Shown here piece by piece: positions 58,873-64,000 of a stretch of 64,000 nucleotides of DNA. The DNA is from Patescibacteria group bacterium (GTDB taxonomy: Bacteria > Patescibacteriota > Patescibacteriia > UBA9934), in the NCBI GenBank assembly GCA_041659765.1, contig JBAZXR010000001.1, positions 467,338-531,337 on the forward strand, in the 5' to 3' direction. Position numbers and translations under genes: made by a program. Every line of letters starts with the position of its first letter. The stretch's first letter is position 1. The notes beneath the pieces are model-generated. The model searched no databases, was not told where the DNA came from, and worked only from the letters and a program-made list of their open reading frames with translations.

Positions 58873-59956
58873 AAAAGTAGCTGTTATTTATCTGTCGTTT
58901 CATTCGGAGCCGTACTTCCCGGATGTTGTCGACGCGCTCAAAAAACTGAACTACCCGAAAGAGCTGATGGAATTTGTTATCGTCGACAACCCGCATCCTG
59001 TTCATGGCCTATCAAAAGCATACGTCGAGGAGCACATCCTCCCCATCTCTGGAACGGAGATTCCTCACGTCACCTATCTCCCCCAGCCGGAAAACGGCGG
59101 CTTCGGTATTGGCAACAACGCCGGCGTCACGTGGGCGCTTGAACATGAGTGTGACTACGTCTTCTTCCACAATAATGACGCCGCCCTGGGTGAGGATTGC
59201 ATCTTAAAACTCGTCGAAGCAATGGAGGCAGATTCGACTATTGGTATTGCGCAGTCGATGGTCCTGCTCTTCAACAACAAGGAGCTTGTAAACACGTCGG
59301 GCAATGCTTTTCACTATCTCGGCTTTGGCTATTGCAACGACTACATGAAGAAGCTGGCCGATCTTCATCTGCCGGCTGTATATGACGTTCCCTACGCCAG
59401 CGGTGCAGCACTCATGGTCAGCGCAAGTGTCCTTCGAAAATTTGGTGCGTGGGATGAAGACTTTTTCATGTATCACGAAGACCTGGAGTGGTCCCTGCGT
59501 CTCAGAATCAACAAACTCCGCGCAGTCTGCGTTCGCGATTCCCTCTTCTATCACAAGTACGAATTCTCGAAATCGATTACGAAGTTCTTCTGGATGGAAC
59601 GCAACCGTTACGCCGTGCTCCTCATGTTCTTCAAGTGGCCGACGTTGCTTCTTATTCTTCCGATCCTTGGTCCCCTCGAACTCGGCCTTTGGGTCTTTGC
59701 GCTTAAAGGCGGTTGGGTAAGCGAGCGCGTCAAAGTCCTCAAATACTGGATCAAGCCGTCGAACTGGAAACTGTGGTTGTCAAAACGAAAAAAGACGCAG
59801 GCTATGCGTCAGATTTCCGATAAAGCAATTCTCGAAACCTGCGTCGGCTCCATTCTCTTCCAGGAATCTTCGATGGAGTCCCCGATCGTCACCAAGTTCG
59901 CAAACCCGATTATGGAGTTGTATTTCAAAATCGTGAAAGCAATTGTCCGATGGTAG
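58862..59956 (+). CDS. GT2 glycosyltransferase
   Basis: VDN, NGGFGIGNN, NND, SGAALM, DEDFFMYHEDLEWSLR, ERNR. Confidence 0.9.
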   Translation: MPNKKVAVIYLSFHSEPYFPDVVDALKKLNYPKELMEFVIVDNPHPVHGLSKAYVEEHILPISGTEIPHVTYLPQPENGGFGIGNNAGVTWALEHECDYVFFHNNDAALGEDCILKLVEAMEADSTIGIAQSMVLLFNNKELVNTSGNAFHYLGFGYCNDYMKKLADLHLPAVYDVPYASGAALMVSASVLRKFGAWDEDFFMYHEDLEWSLRLRINKLRAVCVRDSLFYHKYEFSKSITKFFWMERNRYAVLLMFFKWPTLLLILPILGPLELGLWVFALKGGWVSERVKVLKYWIKPSNWKLWLSKRKKTQAMRQISDKAILETCVGSILFQESSMESPIVTKFANPIMELYFKIVKAIVRW

Positions 59957-60006
59957 TCCCCTTTTAAAAGAATTGGGGAATTGGTACCCTCTCCCCGGAG
60001 GTTTCC

Positions 60007-60438
60007 ATGTATCCCATTGTGCGTTGTGACAATTCTCCGCATACCGTGCGCAGGTATCTACCGGAAGTGAACAGGCTGTGTGCTCGCATTAGTCCGAACC
60101 ATGAAGAAGTCACGTTTAGTGCGCTCATGGAAAGCGCGCTCAAGAGCTGTCTTCTTTTCTGCTGGGATCAAGATTCAAGCCTGGCGGGCATGGGCATGCT
60201 GAGCGCCGTGCCGAGCTTCCATCCGTACGGCATCATCGACTACGTGGTCGTCGACGAACGTCACGAGGGCAAAGGCGTTGGGAAAATGATCATGCACGCG
60301 CTCATCAACGACGCGCGAGCGCTCAAGCTCCATCACATCGATCTCACGAGCAAGCCCTCTCGGGAACGGGCGAACAAGCTCTACCCTAAGCTCGGGTTCG
60401 AACTCCGTGAAACGAACGTCTACCGGCTCAAACTCTGA
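60007..60438 (+). CDS. GNAT acetyltransferase
   Basis: VVVDERHEGKGVG, LTSKPSRERANKLYPKLGF; GGAGGT SD; terminator 60452-60490. Confidence 0.9.
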   Translation: MYPIVRCDNSPHTVRRYLPEVNRLCARISPNHEEVTFSALMESALKSCLLFCWDQDSSLAGMGMLSAVPSFHPYGIIDYVVVDERHEGKGVGKMIMHALINDARALKLHHIDLTSKPSRERANKLYPKLGFELRETNVYRLKL

Positions 60439-60490
60439 GCTCAAACAAAAATGCCCGCCAGTCCGGAACACGGACGGCGGGCTATTATTT

Positions 60491-61570
60491 TTATAATTCT
60501 ACTCGTGCATGGTCTCCAACGACCAACTTGTGACCATGTGGCAATGATTCTTCAACTCGTGTCACAACTGCGTTCTTGCCGATGAGGCTATCGACGATAC
60601 GCTTGCCGCAGCGAATAGCAGCGCCGTCAAAGACGATGGAGTGCTCTATTTCTGTACCGTCAACGGTAACGGAGTTGCCAATAGCGGTGTAGGGACCAAT
60701 GTACGCGTCGTTAATAATGCAACCTTCGCCGATGACAACAGGACCGCGGATCAAAACCTTGGGGCCGATTTTTGTGCCGGCGCCAACGCTGACCTTGCCC
60801 TGGATAACTGCACCGTCCATGACCTCACCCTGCATAACGGTTTTTTCAATGGGCAGTTCGTTCAAGAAAAGTGCGTTGCCCTCAAGCAAGTCTTCTGGAT
60901 TACCCGTATCTTTCCACCAGCCAGTAATTTCTTCGTGGCCAACGTTGTAGTTGTTCTGCAGAAGCCAGGTGTGAATATCAGAAATTTCATACTCGCCTCT
61001 AGCAGATGGCTGAATGTGCTTAAACGCCTCAAAAAAACTCTTGTCGTAGACGTAAATACCCGTCACCGCGTACTGGCTCTTGGGGTTTGCAGGCTTCTCC
61101 TCTACGCTCGTAATTTTTCCAGCTTCGTTAAAAACAGGCACGCCAAAACGGTTTGGGTTCTTCACGCGGGAGAGAGCGAGCAAGCAGTTCAACTTTTCAG
61201 TTTCAAACTTATCGACAAAACGCTTCAAGCTACCGAGCACAATGTTGTCGCCTAGGAAAAAGATAAAAGGCTCATCTCCCAAAAATGCCTGTTGCGCGTT
61301 CACGGCGTGCGCAATACCAAGCGGCCCGCCTGGCTGTTCAAGATAAGAAAGTTTTGCCCCAAATTTGCTGCCGTCGCCAAAAGCTGCGGCAATTTCCGTG
61401 TCTCCTGCGTTGACGTTGATTCCAATCTCCGTAATCCCCGCGTCAACGAGTTTTTCAATGGCATACCCAAGCATCGGCTTATTCGCCAATGGGATAAGGT
61501 GCTTATTCAAAGTCCACGTAATCGGTCGCAACCGTGTGGCACGTCCCCCAGCTGTCAAAAGTGCTTTCAT
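60491..61570 (-). CDS. rmlA: Glucose-1-phosphate thymidylyltransferase (long form with LbH tail)
   Basis: AGGRATRLRP, LGDN, EKP, SARGEYEISD, WKDTG, hexapeptide repeats. Confidence 0.88.
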   Translation of the reverse strand: MKALLTAGGRATRLRPITWTLNKHLIPLANKPMLGYAIEKLVDAGITEIGINVNAGDTEIAAAFGDGSKFGAKLSYLEQPGGPLGIAHAVNAQQAFLGDEPFIFFLGDNIVLGSLKRFVDKFETEKLNCLLALSRVKNPNRFGVPVFNEAGKITSVEEKPANPKSQYAVTGIYVYDKSFFEAFKHIQPSARGEYEISDIHTWLLQNNYNVGHEEITGWWKDTGNPEDLLEGNALFLNELPIEKTVMQGEVMDGAVIQGKVSVGAGTKIGPKVLIRGPVVIGEGCIINDAYIGPYTAIGNSVTVDGTEIEHSIVFDGAAIRCGKRIVDSLIGKNAVVTRVEESLPHGHKLVVGDHARVEL

Positions 61571-61640
61571 AGCACAGGGAACATTAGCAAAGAAAAGCGC
61601 CCGGCGTCAACGAAGACGACGGGCGTTCGAGACTAAGGGC

Positions 61641-62507
61641 CTACCTGTTCAATCGTTCGAGCAGCTGCTCGGCGATCCGCATGTTGGCGGCCAAGATGCA
61701 GGGAGTCTGCGTCTTGAAGTCGTACGTGCGCGTGCCGAGGTCCTTCCCGTCCCAGTCCACCGCCACGCCGCCCGAACCTTTTACGAGCGCGTACCCGGCG
61801 CCCAGCTCATGCTGTTTCTGGCGATCGCAGACGAACGCCACAGCCTGACCGCTCGCCACGGAAGCCATTTCGTAGGCTGCGGAGCCAGGCGAACGAAGCC
61901 AGCCTTTCTCCCCTGCAAACGCACGGAAGAGCTTCTCCCGATTCTCCGGGTAGTACATCTCGCCGATGACGTTCATGCGCCCGAGATCGAGCGTGCCGAC
62001 GTCCATAGTCGATCCGAACGCGTGGTACGACTTGCCGCTACGAAGTCGAGTCGAGTATCGAGACTCTTTAGAGCGCCAAGTGGCGGTCCAGCTATCACGC
62101 AACGTACCACGCAAGTCGAGCACGGCGACGTCAGTGATGTCCGCAAAGGTAGCTCCCGCCTTCTTGTTCAACACTGTCACGACGGCGGTGACGGGGAATC
62201 CCGTCATGCCACCGGCGTGCAGATAGTTCAAGGATCCGTCGAGCGGATCCACCGTAACCCACGTGTGCGAAGGATCATCCGTGTCCTTGTCCGGCAATCC
62301 CTCCACGCTGATGCACGCTCCGGGAAAAACTTTCCGGAACTGCTCGGCCAGATACTGACCGATGACCTTGTCTGCAGTGAGCTCGGTGTCATTCTGCAGA
62401 TCACCGAATGCCCCGCCTGCTCGGGAAATGTCTTTTCCTGTTTTCAATTCGCGCAAACGCTTCTTCGCCAACAGAAGTGTCTGTAGCAATACCGCTGATG
62501 ATTTCAT
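61641..62507 (-). CDS. Inositol monophosphatase/FIG-superfamily phosphatase (divergent)
   Basis: ADK, SVEG, VDPLDGSLNY, RSPGSAA, HELGAG in place of WDxAAG. Confidence 0.82.
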   Translation of the reverse strand: MKSSAVLLQTLLLAKKRLRELKTGKDISRAGGAFGDLQNDTELTADKVIGQYLAEQFRKVFPGACISVEGLPDKDTDDPSHTWVTVDPLDGSLNYLHAGGMTGFPVTAVVTVLNKKAGATFADITDVAVLDLRGTLRDSWTATWRSKESRYSTRLRSGKSYHAFGSTMDVGTLDLGRMNVIGEMYYPENREKLFRAFAGEKGWLRSPGSAAYEMASVASGQAVAFVCDRQKQHELGAGYALVKGSGGVAVDWDGKDLGTRTYDFKTQTPCILAANMRIAEQLLERLNR

Positions 62508-62603
62508 GAAACCTCCGCCGGGAATGTGCCATATTTCTCTACAAATGAAAAGCGCCCGACGAATCGTATCGTCAGGCGCCTGAAGTTGTGTAGCGTGCCG
62601 CGG

Positions 62604-63302
62604 CTAGCTCTTCAGCATGCCCCAGAGCCGGCCGACGCCAGCGACGGTGAACATGTCGCCGAGCATGATGGCCTCGAGCGCCGGGATGAAATGGCAGCCC
62701 GTGATCTGCTCGGCCGCACGGTTCTCCTTGTCCACGGTGACGGCGGACTTCCGGAACTTCACCAGACCGTTCTTGGTGACGAGAAGGCCGGGCGACACTT
62801 CTACCGTAGAGAACTTCACGCCCTCATCGACCTGGACGGTTTCGAAGAAAGCGCTATTCGGGTTTGTGGGCTTGCCCGGGAGGAGCCGAAGGCTTCCCAC
62901 GAACTTGCCGACTTCTTCCGCGAGCTCACGCTCGGCACCGACCCAGTGGGGCTCTCCGGGCTTCAGGAACCCACGCGGGACGTTCAACACCTTCCCGCCC
63001 TGGTTCGGCCTGTCCTGCTCCACCACGCCGATCAGCAAGTTGCCGTCAACCGTTGCGTACGGAACGATGACTGCTCCGCCGCCGCCGTTCTCGTGGAACG
63101 CCCACGAGTCGAAGTTCCCGCCCGGGTTCTTCCCGTACGCGAGCGTACCGTATTTCGGATTCGTCAGCTCCATGTAGGCGAGCTGGCTCAAATCCGCTTC
63201 GGTTCCGTCCCGGAGATGGCCCTTGGCTTTCCAACCCACATTCACCCCGTCCACAATCGGACGAATCAACGTGGGAAACTCATTCGTATCAGGATCACTC
63301 AT
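62604..63302 (-). CDS. NUDIX hydrolase (ADP-ribose/NDP-sugar pyrophosphatase-like)
   Basis: GAVIVP, QDRP, PRGFLKPGEPHWVGAERELAEEVG; AAGGAGGT SD. Confidence 0.85.
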   Translation of the reverse strand: MSDPDTNEFPTLIRPIVDGVNVGWKAKGHLRDGTEADLSQLAYMELTNPKYGTLAYGKNPGGNFDSWAFHENGGGGAVIVPYATVDGNLLIGVVEQDRPNQGGKVLNVPRGFLKPGEPHWVGAERELAEEVGKFVGSLRLLPGKPTNPNSAFFETVQVDEGVKFSTVEVSPGLLVTKNGLVKFRKSAVTVDKENRAAEQITGCHFIPALEAIMLGDMFTVAGVGRLWGMLKS

Positions 63303-63367
63303 CGTACCTCCTTAGTCCGCAAGGGACCCCGTAACCTACATGACGCAAAAAAATTGTGCAAGAAAGC

Positions 63368-64000
63368 CTATAAAAGGGCTCCTTTTACGCGTGCGGCGTA
63401 TTTCTCCATGGTATCGCGTAACGCAATTGAAATCGGGCGCATCGAAATACCAAACTCGCCGAGGCGTTCAGAGGCGAGGAAGTTATTTGAGCGTAGTTTG
63501 GTCGCTAAGCCCTGGGCGACCAGGTCTTCGGCGGTGATCCACTCATTGGTATGTGCGGGATTTACAAGCTCGACGTACAGCGCCATGAGCTCGCGATGCT
63601 TCATAGTGCCGGGGTTTGTCACGTGAAAAATACCGGGAGCTTTTTTCTCCATGAGCTGATAAAAAACGGCAAGCATATCGTCAATCACCGTGACGGAGTT
63701 TTCGACGTCAATGATCTTTGGATATTTGGAAAGCTTGTCGATGAGATTTCTCGAGCCCGGAATATGATCAATCGGCATGCGCACACGGCCGATGCCGACG
63801 TTTGGCAAAGTCGACAACATCAAGTCTGCGGCCAACTTTGACCGTGAGTACACAGGCTCTGGATTTCCATGGTCATTTTCTCGCCAGGCTTTGTCCGGGT
63901 GCGGAGAATCGCCGTAGTAAATACAACCAGAACCCATGTGCAAAAGATACACCCTTGCTTCTTGGCACGCGTCAGCAATCAGCATCGGCAAAATAGCGTT
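63368..64000 (-). CDS. RmlD-like NDP-4-keto sugar epimerase/reductase, 5' end outside window
   Basis: HMGSGCIY, YSRSK, RMPI, NSVT, GIFHVTNPG, RSN. Confidence 0.85.
   Translation of the reverse strand, partial: NAILPMLIADACQEARVYLLHMGSGCIYYGDSPHPDKAWRENDHGNPEPVYSRSKLAADLMLSTLPNVGIGRVRMPIDHIPGSRNLIDKLSKYPKIIDVENSVTVIDDMLAVFYQLMEKKAPGIFHVTNPGTMKHRELMALYVELVNPAHTNEWITAEDLVAQGLATKLRSNNFLASERLGEFGISMRPISIALRDTMEKYAARVKGALL

Noticed and set aside
9700-63320. Integron with attC sites explaining the cassettes
   Set aside because: No RYYYAAC/GTTRRRY boundaries found, cassettes are dispersed and carry own promoters, and no IntI is present
61365-63626. Long + strand ORFs of 373 and 366 aa
   Set aside because: Antisense shadows of the IMPase-like and NUDIX genes, which carry the real motifs and SDs
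1-64000. Alternative genetic code (UGA read-through)
   Set aside because: Core genes are full length under code 11 and TGA acts as a stop (e.g. uvrB, ftsE)

Overview
Compact bacterial chromosomal segment with the hallmarks of a Patescibacteria/CPR genome (probably Parcubacteria; inference from gene content and style). It carries housekeeping genes for NER and repair (uvrA, uvrB, short uvrC, a PcrA/UvrD helicase), dispersed cell-wall and division genes (mraZ-rsmH-ftsL-like, ftsEX, murD/E, mraY-ftsW-murG, mltG, ctpA-like), pyrG, gpmI, a CCA-adding enzyme, rpmA, rplI and four tRNAs. It also has a type IV pilus cluster, a large repeat surface protein and part of a rhamnose/glycosyltransferase locus. 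No rRNA, CRISPR array, integrase or transposase is visible. The unusual content lies between and inside the core genes. (1) About a dozen dispersed single-gene ORFan units have a strong GGAGG(T) ribosome-binding site and often their own -35/-10 promoter and terminator, whereas core genes mostly have a -10 box only 6-10 nt before ATG and no SD. (2) A ~200-nt highly structured RNA with repeated CAAUGU-loop hairpins precedes an unknown 140-aa gene next to tRNA-Lys. (3) REP-like palindromes sit in frame inside uvrA, uvrC and cca. (4) A NUDIX plus inositol-monophosphatase-like pair interrupts the rhamnose genes. (5) Other oddities are tandem membrane-anchored paralogues with swapped ectodomains, a frameshifted VKOR relic and heptamer-repeat scars. 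All calls come from reading motifs by eye; no database search was possible.
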